Origin: Epiperipatus broadwayi
Lineage: Eukaryota; Animalia; Onychophora
DNA: 64,000 nt
Reading direction: 5' to 3'
NCBI GenBank assembly: GCA_028023455.1
Contig: JAQFVV010000005.1
Coordinates: 22,568,001 to 22,632,000, forward strand
The translations under genes were made by a program, and so were the position numbers. Numbering within the stretch: the first letter of the stretch is position 1; the number at the start of each line of letters is the position of its first letter. The notes under the pieces were generated by a model. That model worked only from the letters and a program-made list of their open reading frames with translations, ran no database searches and was not told where the DNA came from. Positions 23,131 through 36,951 of the stretch are shown here, piece after piece.

Positions 23131-25343
23131 GTATATCATTTTAAGTATAAAAATCTATCCACATGGAGAAATTCTTTATTGGGACCATGCTTCATCAGCA
23201 ATAAAGTTAAAAAGAATTGCAGTTTGAAAAATGCCTGTTCTATTTTTTAAAAAAACATATTTCTAAAGCACTGATTTTAAGACCAAAAAAAGCAGATGAT
23301 GGATCATAAAAATAATACATGCATAAATGATGGATCAAGAGATGATTGTATATTTGCATTGTGCTTATAAATTTTTATATTGTTCATATGTCTGTATGTA
23401 TTCATATAAAATGTCATATCTTTGTTCTACATCTGTCATATGCTTATGACAAGACATTTGTTTAATCTCCATGAATGTCTGTGAATTGTTTAATCTTTAA
23501 TTCAGATAACTGACTTATATTCTTCTAGATATTCAATACTTTTACAATCTACATTAGTTTATATGTATTAATATTAAAAACAAATTATCACACATGACTC
23601 AACTGAAGGGGGAGATCTTAATTAGAAAATGAGAATTAGGAGACATTTTTTATATGTTAATTTCTCAAATCTACATACATTTGCTGTAACACTATGTAGT
23701 CATTTAAATTCCTGAGTCACAAGCAGAAAAGGTTTACCCATGTTGATTATGATAGCACTCATAGTGTACTATTATCTTAATCTGTGCAGGTCATTTTGAT
23801 TAGCTGTTGCCATAGAAACATCATGGCTGCAGATTTTAACTAGAATTAAAAATAGAATCCCCATTTCCTAAATATTTTACCATTTATAACTTTCTGTAAA
23901 AAACTTTAAATTATCATGCATGATTTATCATGGAAGTGTTTTAATTATAAAATTTTAAACTTGCTGTATTGTTTCATACTTATTTAAGTTTTTCAGACTC
24001 AGTCTCCACAACTGTTTTTGATTGGCTGTTGCTATAAAAATATCATGACTAAATAGAATTAAAAATGAAATCCCTGTTTATTAAATATTTTCATATCTAT
24101 AACATTCATTAAAAACATTAAATAATCTTATGTATATATTAAGATATTTATTTTTATAAGAAATAAAAATACCTGTTAGACTCTTGTTGAAATGTCTGCA
24201 CAAATAAAACCATATATGTAAATAAAAGATTATTTATTTTTTTGTAAATGTGCATGGATTTCTTCACTTTAATAACATTCCATTTATTGTAGAAAATTAT
24301 TCTAGAAAAAATTGTAAATTAAATTAGAATAGAATATGTATGCAATTAAAGCAGCTAAAATGGTTAGACTGGATTAAAGTTGGTGTTGATTGAAGTGATA
24401 ACAGATCCGCAGTAAATAATGATCATTGATAAACTAGTCGATCGACTAGCAGTGATTAAGTCTAAAATGGAACAGTGGTAGCAAGAAGCAGTTATTTGTC
24501 TGTGTATTGAAAAGGTTATTAGCAGTGAAGAGTAATTAACTGAAGCTTAACCAAACCTCAAGAGTCAAATTGGAAATGGAGATGGTTAATATATAATGTA
24601 TAAAGTGTGTGTGCTGATGTAAGCACTAATATTGTGAACTTTAATAGATTCATTCTATATGTGAAATTATATATGCTCATTTGTGTTTCAAAAGACAATT
24701 GATTTGAAAGCACAAATATAATAACTGGATTACTCCTGGTGTGAAGGAAAACTATTTTCACCCAAGGAAAATAAATAACTTATGAATATTAATGGACTTA
24801 TAGCTTTTTCTGTTGTTTTTACATCATTATTATTGTTATTAAATACATCTTATTATATATACATTTTAAAGTATATTGTTTTTTATTTAGCTCCCTGACT
24901 GGTCTTCAGAGACTTTCAGGATAAAGCTCTTATATTAATAATTACTTGGGAATATGTATATACTTTACTGTAAGTGTAGTCTATACAACTACATATAAGA
25001 AAGATCAGTTTCAAAACCAAATTAATTGCAAGATGCATATAAATAATATCTCCAAGACATATTTTAAAACATTTTTAAATATATGCATTTTTACATACTG
25101 GTTTTAATTTGTAGAATATGGATAAATATTAAGTATTCTTTTTTTTTTCACTAACTTTTCTCAGTATATTAGTGTTAATATAAATAAACAGTACTTTATA
25201 CAAAGCAAATGTAATACTGTAATTATTCCATATTTTCAAAAATAGCTGTCAGTTTCAATTGTTCATCAAACTTCTTCAGAGCTATAACACACACTATGTA
25301 TAAAGTATAAATTTATACATTTAAATTTATATTGTTTATGTTA

Positions 25344-25385
25344 TAGTTCTGAAGAAGTCTATTGGAGAACGGAAACTGTCAGCTA
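25344..25385 (+). ncRNA. Minimal hammerhead motif in a short hairpin insertion (about 25195-25430)
   Basis: UAGUU CUGAAGA A GUCU auugg AGAAC g GAAA C u GU C AGCUA; the opposite arm has an intact core but a GAC site. Confidence 0.55.
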
Positions 25386-26434
25386 TTTTTGAAGCTGTGG
25401 AATAAGATATTGCATTTACATTGTGTTAAGCACGTAGAGGAATGTGATATTGTAGCAACATTCTTTTTTTTCACCACAGTTATGCTATTTATTATAAATT
25501 TTAATAATTGATGGAGATGATAATACTTAATAAAACCTCCATCCATTGCTATCCTACCCAATATCCACTGACTAGTTTATTTACATAAGGATATATGTAA
25601 ATGGTTGTTTGTCATGATTTTAACTTTATCTCTTTCTCTTGAATAGATTTATGCATTTCTAATATAAATATTAAAATCACCATGTTAGTATAGGGATGGC
25701 TAATGATAATTTATAGAATCACTTGATAAAATTATTGTTTTTTCTTTATGCATTTTATATAGGTGACTAGTTATTTATTTATTTGCATACTTGTATGTGA
25801 TTTCATTAGTCAATTAACAAAATATAATTGAAACAAGTAAATTAAATGCAATAAATGTAAACTTGATTTACAATCTTTTGGTAGTTTGTTTGGCATGTAC
25901 TATTCTTTTTTTAATAGACTAAAAGTGTCCACAATTAACATATAATTAAATTATTATAATGTAGAGATTCTGACTATTGTCAGATCAATAAACTTTTTCA
26001 TTCAAGTTAGCAAATCTTTGAAATGTTGAAACTTTCAGTTCATAAGCTTGAATAGTACAAAAAAGTAAAGGTGTTTTCTGAATGTATTTGTTTGATCCAA
26101 TGCTTCTCACTGATGAAGCCAGCAAGTAATGGGAGGGGGGTCAGTGCTAATCATTTTTGTTCAATGATTCCTTCCTGCTTCCAATAGATGGTTCCAAAGT
26201 TTATTGATAAGTTATTAATGTAAAAGTTTTTTGTCTTAGGAAGGCATATTAAGTTGGAAAAAAGTTACATTTTGTAATGCATAATTATTAACTCATTCGG
26301 TTAAGTTAAACAATTCAATTGATCTATTGAGTTTTGCTTGTGGTGTGGCATCTCATTTTTAAGCATTCATTGATAGGCTGAAAATATTTTTAAAAGAAAA
26401 TATTTTAATTTTCTTTTTATTTGATGTATTTTAG

Positions 26435-26566
26435 TTCCTATTGGTGAAGATTGTAGCAGGAAACATTGTGGTATTAACGCTCAGTGTGTTATTCAAAACA
26501 GGAAGGCCCTCTGTGTTTGTCCTGTTAGGATGACAGGAAATCCTGACAAGGAATGCATTCCAATTG
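26435..26566 (+). CDS. EGF-like exon 12 (132 nt)
   Basis: ttttag|TT...ATTG|gtacgt; VPIGEDCSRKHCGINAQCVIQNRKALCVCPVRMTGNPDKECIPI. Confidence 0.85.
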
Positions 26567-27740
26567 GTACGTTGTGCTTCTCAATCGATGTATATATTTT
26601 CTTATCACTTGGAATTTATCATGTAAAAAAAAAATATTTTTTAATGTGAGTTGAGAGTAAATGTGCATTATATACCATGTTAATTGGGTTGTTTTTTGTT
26701 TTTGCAATTACTATTTTAAAATAATTAATCTACATGAAATCAATTTTATTATTCTATTTTATAACTTTAATTTATTATCTATGGATACCCAAAAAAAAAT
26801 TAATTTTTATTCTTATAAGAAAAAATAGAATTTTAAAACTGATAAATTTAAGTCTAATCAGTATTAAATCATCTTATTCAATGTTATTTATTCGTTTAAA
26901 CAAATCAGCAGAGAGACAGTTCAATTCAAGATTGCTTTTAAAATCTGGATCTATGTTGAGATATCAGAGGATCAATTAGTCTATGTAATTATAGCCATTA
27001 TCTTGCTCATGATATAATTCTGATCATTATCTTTCTCAAAATGTAATTATAATCATTATCTTATTCATATAGTTCATTTCTGTAGTGAATTGACTCAACA
27101 ACAGATCTTCTAAAACTACAGAAATGAATATAAATAAGTAAAAATATGAAAGAGATAATCAATTCAGTGATAAGTTAAAAAGACAAATCACAATAAAAGG
27201 ATTTACGATCTATTTTTATATGTAGGTCTATGGCATTATTTAAAGTTAGTCGATTGTCTGCCAAAATTTATTTATACAGTTTCTATATAATGGAATGAAA
27301 AGAAGTACATCTTCTTGGCATCTGGATTAATAGAATGCTGATGATTATAGTATCCTTGCCAATTCAAAAATTGATATACAGAATTATGTAATATTTTGAA
27401 TGCAACTTACAAAGATTTTGTTTCAGTAATGAATGTTGGAAAAACTTAAGCCCTTTTTCAGCCAGGGGTAGATGAAAAATTTTCAGCAACTTTTAGTTTG
27501 GCTGGTTATCAATTTGAGAATGTTAGTCAATTTAAATATCTTATTTTTAATTAGAAAAGTGAAGTTAGATATTAAGGCACAACAGACACCCCAATGTGTT
27601 ACTGGTTCGTTTAACAAGTTAAAAAATAAGATATTTCATTACAATAATAAAACTATAGCAACTCAATTAGTGGTGTATAGAATTAATATTACAAATAAAT
27701 AAAGTCAGATGTCACATGACCTAATGCTTGAATATCCAGA

Positions 27741-27781
27741 CACCTCACTGATGAAGTCAGTAGCAGAAACCAGTCTGGAGT
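27741..27781 (+). ncRNA. Degenerate hammerhead motif
   Basis: CCUCA CUGAUGA AGUCAGUAGCA GAAA C ca GUC UGGAG; weak stem II. A truncated relative lies at 26103-26132. Confidence 0.4.
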
Positions 27782-28457
27782 TGAGGATATTCTACAAAGT
27801 TTGTTAAGAGCTTATTTGCGAGCTCTTTATAAAGAATTAATATTCTATTTAATTTATTGTAATGGAAGTGGAGTTTACATCAATCCATATTAGCAAAACA
27901 TAAAGGCAATCAAATTTTTTTATTTAAAAATGCTTTATAAAATTTTAATAATGTTATAATAATCTCTTAAAACCAATCCATATGTGTGATTCCACAGTAT
28001 CATCTATTGTAAAATCACATCTTTATTGAATTGGATACATAAAACAAATAAACAATATAAGTCTTTCTAAGAAAATACTTTGTGAAGTACTTGAGCATGG
28101 TTTTCATAGAAGAGGCATTCTCCATTTACATTATAAAGATTATTTTCATTGAGAAGATATGACTGAGAATAGAATATTGTGGAGAACTATAATTGAACAT
28201 CATATTGAAGTATTTCAACAAAAAAAGTTGTCCACAAAAAAAAATTCAAAGACAGTTTCACAAACTATTATATAAACAGAATAATGAACTAGCATGTTCT
28301 ATATGTGGACATATTTGTGTTTTGCAAATTAGTGATATTAATATTTTTTTGGAGTTGGAATGGTCACATTCATTTGTGAGTCATCACTGCTGATGGTAAT
28401 GATGATAATGGTGATGATGGAGAAACACAGAGGTAGTTATGTCCCAGAGACAGTTAT

Positions 28458-28578
28458 AGTAATCCTACATATTATACCATTTACACTTTTCTCAAATACT
28501 TTATCAATACTCTTTATTTATATCAAAACTAACAGTTTCGACTATGTTGCAGTCATCATCAAAGCTCTTTACAATCCT
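28458..28578 (-). mobile_element. Single-arm copy of PLE family R
   Basis: Matches 1726-1817; minus strand UUGAUGA U GACUG caaca UAGUC GAAACUGUUAG. Confidence 0.65.
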
Positions 28579-29304
28579 ATTTCTAAAAACCCAACTAATA
28601 ATAATGTTGCTAGATTAACATTTTTTATATCACTAATCAATAGTGATAAACACCCACAGCAGTCTGTTCATTAAGAATATAAAGAAAAGAGATATGTTTC
28701 TGTTTAAAATTTACTTCTTCAAAATATTAATATGCTCACATAAAAGAATAAAAAAATTAAATATCCCATTCTGAGGGAGTTTGTGTATCTCATTTCCCAG
28801 TAAACAAGTTTCAAGTTTCTCTTAACTCATGTCTCCAAATGCTTGTAGAAATCAGATTGTTTATTGATCAGGATTCTTAAGTTCAAGCACTAGAAATGAC
28901 AGAGCTCCATGATTCATGGAGTTGGAACTAGTCTTTACTCTACTACTGTAGCAAACCATACAGGGTATGTAATAGTGTTACTTAAATTCATTAATAATCT
29001 GTTGAAATTGTTTTATATCGGTTTTCTCAATATACAGAAAAATAAAATCTAGTTGTCAATAATTATTTTAAAATATTTTGAATTTAATTTTTGAAGTTCT
29101 TTTATAAATCTTTGTCAATAGCAATTTCATTTCAATATAATCCTCATTTTTACTGGCTTGTGTACTATATAAATCATTTGAAGGCATCATTTAGCCAGTC
29201 AGAATATATGTAAATATTTATCTATTCAGGTTTTACAATATAATACTCAATTGTCCAAACACTTTACTACTTTCACAATGCTTTATTTTCCACCCTTTTC
29301 TTCA

Positions 29305-29343
29305 GTTTACAGTTTCGATTGCCCCAAAAATCTTCTTCAGAAC
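29305..29343 (-). ncRNA. Minimal hammerhead motif
   Basis: GUU CUGAAGA A GAUU uuuggggc AAUC GAAA C u GU A AAC. Confidence 0.55.
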
Positions 29344-29689
29344 ATTGTATATCCTAATCTCAACTGCTACCTAAGGAAAGAGTAGATATTATACTTCTAT
29401 TCAGGTGTTATGCTTGAAACAAGTTAACATCTGTAATATTCAGTTATACAGTTACTTATTATATTTATTTCAACTTATTTATGAGGAGATGCATCATTTG
29501 ATTACTTGTGAAATTCTAATGATGATTTAATATTTTATATATTAATTGATTTTTTATGTACATCTTTTACCTGTGGTACAGGGTTTGAATTTTAAACCTT
29601 TTTTACTAAAAGAATATTGCTTTTAAAAATTTGCGTTCATTATTGGTATAATGTAAATGTCTTTCATTTCTTGTTTTAAATATTTTTAG

Positions 29690-29818
29690 TGTCTCCTGGT
29701 GAGGACTGTCACAATAAACACTGTGGTAAAAATGCCCACTGTGTTGTTCAAAATGGAAAAGCTGTCTGTGCTTGTCCACAAGAGATGGCAGGGAACCCCG
29801 ATGAAGAATGTGTTCTTG
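29690..29818 (+). CDS. EGF-like exon 13 (129 nt)
   Basis: ttttag|TG...CTTG|gtatag; VSPGEDCHNKHCGKNAHCVVQNGKAVCACPQEMAGNPDEECVL. Confidence 0.85.
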
Positions 29819-31677
29819 GTATAGTACCATTTCCTCAATCAATGAAATTTATTTGAAATTGATAGGCTTTTTTCACTTGGAGTGCTTTTAACTATATTAT
29901 GCCGGGGCAAACTTGCTTTGAGGTCATTGGCTGTTGGTTGCTTTTGGGATTTGTAGCATATCTTCAGTAATCTAAAGTTGTTATTTAATGTTGCTTTGTT
30001 TAGTTCCGTTAATAGTCCCATTTTGCTTTCATCAGCAATTTTTTTAATGAAATATTTAGTTTTTCATTTGGTAATATAATTAAGGAATTTAACAAAGAAA
30101 TATTTATTAACCTTTATCATTCTCGAGATGGTCTTTTGAGAAATCATTTTCTGTCCATTCCTGTAGCTTGAATTGAATGATGAGATATGGCAATTACAAA
30201 TATTTTTTATGAAAAGCATAAAGATTTGTTTTGCATTAATAAATAGTTAGAGTGGTAAATATCGGATTTTAATGGATAAAGATTAATTTATCCAAACAGG
30301 CTGTGATAAACTGAAAATTTCCTACATTGATTGTTTACTCATGTGACTGACTTTACTAAAAGAAATAACATTTCAACTAATAACCATATTTCAAATTGAA
30401 TTTAGAACTTTAATGACTTGTTAAATATATGTGTTATGCATATTATTTAGATTTATCCATGTATGATTCTTAGTACTATTCTATTGACATTTCATTACCC
30501 AGTTGATTGAAAACATCAGTACAATAGTACTATGAATTATTCACAAATGAATAGGACAATATATTGCTTATATCTTTAGCTTATGAAAATCTTCATTTTA
30601 ATATATATATAAAATTAGTCACAAAGCAATTAAATCTTAATCTATTACTGTATAATTCACAAAACAGATTCACAAATTCTAAACCGCATCCACTTTCTCA
30701 TATCAGTTCTCTATTGGTCAGACAAAAGATAGCCACATTTTTCTACCCTCCACATTATTATATGACAAATAAGTTAAACATTGGCATTTGAAAAAGCTGA
30801 AACTTTATAATACCTTGACTAATATTACAAATTATCATGAATGTAAAAATTGATTTATTTATTGTATAACAATATGAAGATCAGCTTGATTAATATTGCA
30901 AAATCACCTCTAATATAAAGTTTTCATCTTGAGAGTATGAATAGTTGACTTATTTACCATATAACAGTATGGAGGTTAGATAAAAGTGACTATTTTTTTA
31001 TCTGATTTATAAAATGCATTGATATTAGAAATTAAGAGTTGTTTGCTAATTTGTGAAAAAAAGGTTTCCTTGAGAATTTGATTTGTGAATTTTGTAGTTA
31101 ACATATTCAGACTTAACTGCTTCCTGGATAAGTTTATATTTTTAGCATTACATATTTTATAACCATAATTTATTTATGAACTTGTTAAAATTATTAGAAT
31201 TTATATATGCATGTATACACATAAATCTTCATAAAAATATGGGGGGATTCCAACATATTTTTGGTAATATGACTTTGATTCCTATTTCCTATTTTAAAAA
31301 TGAAATGTTTATTTTATGGAAAATGATTATTTGTAAAATTTTGCCTTGGTACCAAAAATGATAGACCTAGCCCTGTAGTCCATTTGACACTTAAAAAAGC
31401 ACAATAATCAATCATTCTTTCAAAATATAACCAATCATTAATTATACTAAACAAATCAATTCTTAAAATGATTTATGCAAGAGTACATTTTTATTTTATT
31501 TATAAAATTATTTATTAATTAAAAGATAGAAAATTCTGATTTAATTTAATTATTTATTTATTAATCGATTAATTAATGTTTTTTTGTTTTTTTTTGGCTT
31601 GTGGTATCTGGGTTTAACTTTTTTAAAGTTTATAATCCTAACAAATTTAATTGTTTATTTTATTGAATGGTTTTTAG

Positions 31678-31806
31678 TGATCCCTGGTGTGGATTGTAGC
31701 AGTAAACGTTGTGGTAAAAATGCTCATTGTATTATTCAGAACAAGAAAGCTGTCTGTGTTTGTCTAAAGGGTATGATAGGAAATCCTGAAGAAGAATGTG
31801 TTAGTG
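31678..31806 (+). CDS. EGF-like exon 14 (129 nt)
   Basis: ttttag|TG...AGTG|gtatgt; VIPGVDCSSKRCGKNAHCIIQNKKAVCVCLKGMIGNPEEECVS. Confidence 0.85.
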
Positions 31807-32119
31807 GTATGTTATATTTTTTAAATGTTAAAATGTATTTTGGGTTTGATCTCATTCTATCATTTAGTTGTTCAGGTTGTGGAAAAATTGCTCTGAGGTG
31901 TTGTTTTCATAAGCATTGCCATTCAATATAATATTTACTATTTTAAACAATTATTTAAAAATTATGTGAGGTCAGGTAAGTTTTTTTTTTAGTTGCTTAC
32001 CTTCAATTGTAGCCAATATGTCTGTAAGACTTTCTGTTATCTTATTAATTTCAGTCAAAAATTAATGATTGTTTTCAAAAAAGTGCAAACATAAAATAAG
32101 TGAAAGAAAGTCAATTACT

Positions 32120-32960
32120 AATATAATAGATTCACCATTCATAATTTTATCAGTCTATAATACTTTATGACATCAATATTCCTACAAATTTTTGTCTACT
32201 ATCTCTATTTATTCATTCCAACTTTTTTGGGTGCCCTTTTTTTATCTTTCCCACTTACTAGTATCCTGTTTAATATTTGTTTTGATAATCTTTCTTGAGA
32301 CATCTTTTGTACATGTAAATATCATTCTATTTATCTTATTCTGATGTTATTGTAAGGTATTCAATATTCATTATTTAACAAATTCTTTTATTGTTTGCAC
32401 ACTCTGTTTGACCTTTTTTCAGCACCAATAATCTATTTCTGTAGCCATCAATTCCTTTTCCATTTTTTTTCTTCAACTGCCAAATCTCAATTCTATATGT
32501 AATGATACCTTTTCACTACTGTGTCATATATTGGTTATTAAGTTTTAATATATTCTGAACCCACAATATACCCTTTATCATCGCTTTAGCTTCTCTGCCC
32601 AGTACGTTTCTTTTATAGCTTCATATATTGTTCTCTTTTTTATGATCTTCATACCTAGATATTTATTTATGCCTTACATTTTCCAATTCATTTACCATCT
32701 TCCAATATTATATCTTGTGTTCCTCCAGTAAACATATTTTTTTGTTTTGTAATATTTATTTCCAGGTTCCATTTTCTATATTTCTCTATTAACCATATAA
32801 CTCAAATTATCATAATCCTAAACCATAACTATTTTATCATCAGTCTAGGGCTACATATTTTATTATTACATAGAGAAATACCTATTTTCTTATTATGTGA
32901 AGGGTAATTTCTCTGTTTAAGTAGTTTTGTTATCTTTATATTAACTGAAATCATATGTAT
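32120..32960 (-). mobile_element. Degraded non-LTR retrotransposon RT/C-terminal fragment
   Basis: Minus strand IITYRIEIWQL (YGxExW-like) and a degenerate YADD-like segment. Confidence 0.45.
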
Positions 32961-34352
32961 ATATTATTATATAATTTCAACTTTTACTAATTTTCTTCTT
33001 TTTCTGTGAGTATACTCATTTATTATCAAATATTATATAATTTCTTAACTTTTTTAGTAATAAGTATATTTATGTTTGTTTATTCTAATGCTCTCCGCAA
33101 TCTTGAGGACATACTATCATATATCTTTTTATTCTCTCTATATATAAAAAGTGTTCTTGCTATTTTCTTTTCCATTATTTGTGACAATCATAATACAGTG
33201 GCATTTAAACAGTTTACTTTATATCAGTTGCTATGTGGTTTAATTTTTGGTAGAGTGGTACATTCTGGAACTTGAGGTCCATGGATCGTGACCTACCTCT
33301 GTTTCTGTTACTCAAACTTCTTAACTTTCAAGCAATAAACCATTTGATTTTTTATTACACCATATCAGTTAGTTTTACTTTAAAATTACAGTGAATTGTT
33401 TTTTATATTGTTTCTGTAACCTTATATTCACTTATATTCATCACTTATTTCTAACATAATTGTTATTATATGAAAAGTTTTACTTGTCTTGTACTATAGC
33501 CTCTATTTAATCTCACCTTTTGTCTTGTGATGCTTGAATTTCACATGATCTCCCTTGCAACTAAGCATTCATTTTTTTAGATATATATATAAACTTATTT
33601 TTTAAGGTAAGATTTACATAGTACATTGTTTTGACATTATCTTATCAATCAAATGGCCTCAAAGCATTTGGTATTGTTTTTCTTTTATAACTAATTCCCA
33701 TTGATTTGTATTTACCAAAGTAAAGCATATTTTATAATATTTATGAATAATGTAAGTATAATTAACATATGATAAATTAAATTGCTTTTACAATTGAAAC
33801 ATTATTTAATCATTAATATTGTTATTTTCCTTGTTGATCAGCTGACTATTATCTTATTATTGTTTGGAAGGATTTGTATCACTCTCTCATATTGAATGAT
33901 TTTTTGTGATTAATATGATGTCTTTTCTTAATTACTTTAATATATTAAAAACCATACTCATGTTAATATAACAGTTTGTAATTAATTAGTTGGAGTAGTA
34001 TTGTCTTTCTTTAATGTGATATGTTCATATAATTTAGCTATAAGGTATGTTGCCATATTGTTCTGTTCTAATATTTTTATACTTGTCTGAATTCAGAAAG
34101 AAGCCTTTATGCTTTTGTATTTCTAAATGGAACAATTAAAAGATATTAATAATATACCTTGTTTAGGAAATATTTCATTTGATTAAATTATACAAAATCA
34201 TTTATCAAAATTTCTAGAATTTTATTCAAGGTTTTATAACTTTTTATTAATTCTTTTTTGATGTTTTTAACACTGATATTGTTTTTAAAATGATTGCATT
34301 CTTAACTGGTATATTTTAATTCTGTTTTATTTCATGTCTTAAATACTTGTAA

Positions 34353-34480
34353 TGTTCCCTAGTGTCGATTGTAGCAGTAAACACTGTGGTAAAATTGCCC
34401 AATTTGTTGTTCAAACAGGCAAACTGTCTATACTTGTCCAGATGATATGGCAGGAAACACTGATAAAGAATATATTATTG
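34353..34480 (+). pseudogene. Decayed 129-type EGF exon copy
   Basis: 128 nt (frameshift), acceptor AG>AA, donor GT>TT, several Cys codons lost (TTT, TAT). Confidence 0.8.
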
Positions 34481-34578
34481 TTATTATATCTGCACTTGAA
34501 CTAATGAAATGGATCTAAAATTGTTTTTTAATCATGTTCAATGGTTTTATTACATTATGCCTGGAGTAATACTGCTTT

Positions 34579-34805
34579 GAACTACAAAACTATGAGAAAA
34601 AAATTGAAAACATTAATATTATCAATCTAAGCTCAATAGCTTATATAGTTATATGGGTCTGAACCCAGTTCAGTACCCATACATTTTGGTGTCTTTGGCT
34701 CTTTAACAACCATAGCCACCACTATCCTATTAGGCAGGATTGCCTGTTTAATAACAGTAATGTGCTAGCATAAGAAATAGTGATCATGTGATGTTTAGTG
34801 GTTTA
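34579..34805 (-). mobile_element. Truncated family H element
   Basis: Core 5' half plus a short inverted end and tail; no HHR left. Confidence 0.6.
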
Positions 34806-35984
34806 TTCTTAAATTATTAAAATTATTTGACGTTAGTTTGATCAATTTTTTTATAGTTTTGTCAATGATAAATTCTGTAAATGAAATAATTAGTTATTTA
34901 TTTGTTATTGTTTTGTTTTTTAAATATCTTTCTGCATGGTTTAGTACAATAACAGAATAAGGAATGAAGAGCTAAAGTTCCTTACATGTTTGAAAAAAAA
35001 GGTTCTTATTTATGGATCTGAGACTTCGACACTTAGCAAAAGAACAGTAGAGAGGAGAAAAGTCAAAAATAAAATGCAAGGATGAAAGAATAAACATATA
35101 TCAATAACATCATTGTAAAAATTAAGAGATTGAACTGGAGTTGGTTGTATATATTGCTAGAAGAGATAATAGTATATGAAAAATTGACATTTTAAACTGG
35201 ATATCAAAAGATTGTAAAAGACCTAGAAAGAAATCACTTGTTTAATGAATGGATGAAAAAACTATGTTTGCTGTGTTATACGGATAAAAGAGGCTAGGGA
35301 TTGGAAAAACTGGATTAAATTAGGAGATGCCATCATTCTGCAATGGATTAATAATACTTGAAAATGATGATGCTAATGAGTTTGGACTTAAGTCTATCAT
35401 TTCTGGTTCTTGAATATCTTATGGATTCCTGATAAACCCATCATTCATTTATTTCAAAGTATTAAAAAGTTAATTAATAAATAAACAAATTTAAATAATT
35501 ATTCATTTTTTTTCTGGTCACATGATCTTCTAGTAAACCTTGTGACCAGTCTATTCCTGTGCGTATTATATTATACACTGCTTTTTTATATGAAGCATTT
35601 TTTATAATAGTAATTATATGAATTAAACACTGGTTAACAAAATAAATAAATGGTTTAAGGTTAGGTGGGAGGGGGGTAAGAAACTTGAGCTGTAAAAGTG
35701 ACAAAAATGGAGACTTGATCCAAGGGCCTTCGGGATTTGGGGCCACCATTATACTAAACTATGCAGAACACAATGGTTAATGAACTGTTGTGTTCATAAC
35801 ATTAAAGGAAAAAATAATGGATTATAATAAGTTGAAGTTAATCCAAACCAATCTGCTAAACTGAAATTCATTGGTCTGTGAATTCAATAATAGGTTGATT
35901 TACAGCACTGATTTTACTAAAAGAAAGAAATATTTCAAATGATAAGCATTTATTAAATTGGACTGTGTAGAGGGCTAAAATGTA

Positions 35985-36350
35985 AAAAGAAATTTATACT
36001 AAATATTACCCACAATCCCCACTTACATCCTACACACCCTTAATATTAAAAGAATTTTTAAACAAATTAATTGTTTCATAATCGTAATTCTTAATAATAA
36101 AGATTCTTTAATTCTTCTTTTTTATTAAAGAATATTATTAAAAAGATATGATTCTGAAGCAATTAGCTTGTTTGGTGTGTGTTGAATGTAAATGGAAGTT
36201 GTGGGTAATAGTTAATATAAATTTGTTATTATGTTTAGTTCTTTATACTTGAGAAGTCTGCTTGTAGCAGTGAAACCAGTGGTTGTGTTTTAGAGTTTAT
36301 TTTCTTTGGCTAGTCTAACTTAGTTTTGAAATTAGGCTAATTTTGATATA
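35985..36350. mobile_element. PLE family P hairpin insertion
   Basis: Short left arm inverted to a longer right arm; HHR-like motif on plus at 36245-36288. Confidence 0.65.
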
Positions 36351-36822
36351 TATATATGCATATACACAGCACAATATTTGTGCAAATCAAAAAGTTAGGG
36401 GGAAAGATTATTGGTTATATTACTTCAATAATTATTTCCTGGTTGTTGTTTTTTAACAAAATGTCTTTATTTAATTTTTGAATGAAAATCTATTATAAAA
36501 TTCTGCTTTGAATCCAAATATGATTGTTCCAGAACGTGTATCCATGTTGATAAGAAAGAAATTCAATCGTAGTCCATCATAGGAATTCCATAACCATTTT
36601 CTGACTTAATATATTTGATTCTATTAAACAAATTCTTAAAATTGTTTATAGGAAGATCGATTTTTTTTTTAATTTATAGTTACTTTATTAATTAAAAAAT
36701 AAAAAATGCTAATGAATTTGTGAAAATATTATTTATTACTGCTTGTGGTGTTGGTTCCATATTTAAAAAGTTTGCATTCTTAATAAATTTAATTTGGTTT
36801 TATTCTATTAATTGCTTTGTAG

Positions 36823-36951
36823 TGCCTCCTGGTGTAGATTGTAGAAGTAAACACTGTGGTAAAAATGCCCAGTGTGTTGTTCAGAACAAGAAAGCTGTCT
36901 GCATTTGTCCGGATGGAATGGCTGGAAACCCTGATGAGGAATGTATTATTG
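36823..36951 (+). CDS. EGF-like exon 15 (129 nt, macro-array)
   Basis: ttgtag|TG...ATTG|gtatgt; VPPGVDCRSKHCGKNAQCVVQNKKAVCICPDGMAGNPDEECII. Confidence 0.88.

Noticed and set aside
24425-24452. TTGATAA A CTAGTCG AT CGACTAG as another variant hammerhead or a Helitron end
   Set aside because: No GAAA follows the stem and no other Helitron hallmark is adjacent.
33250-33310. tRNA gene (GGTAGAGTGG...GGATCG)
   Set aside because: No cloverleaf can be built; at best a decayed SINE head.
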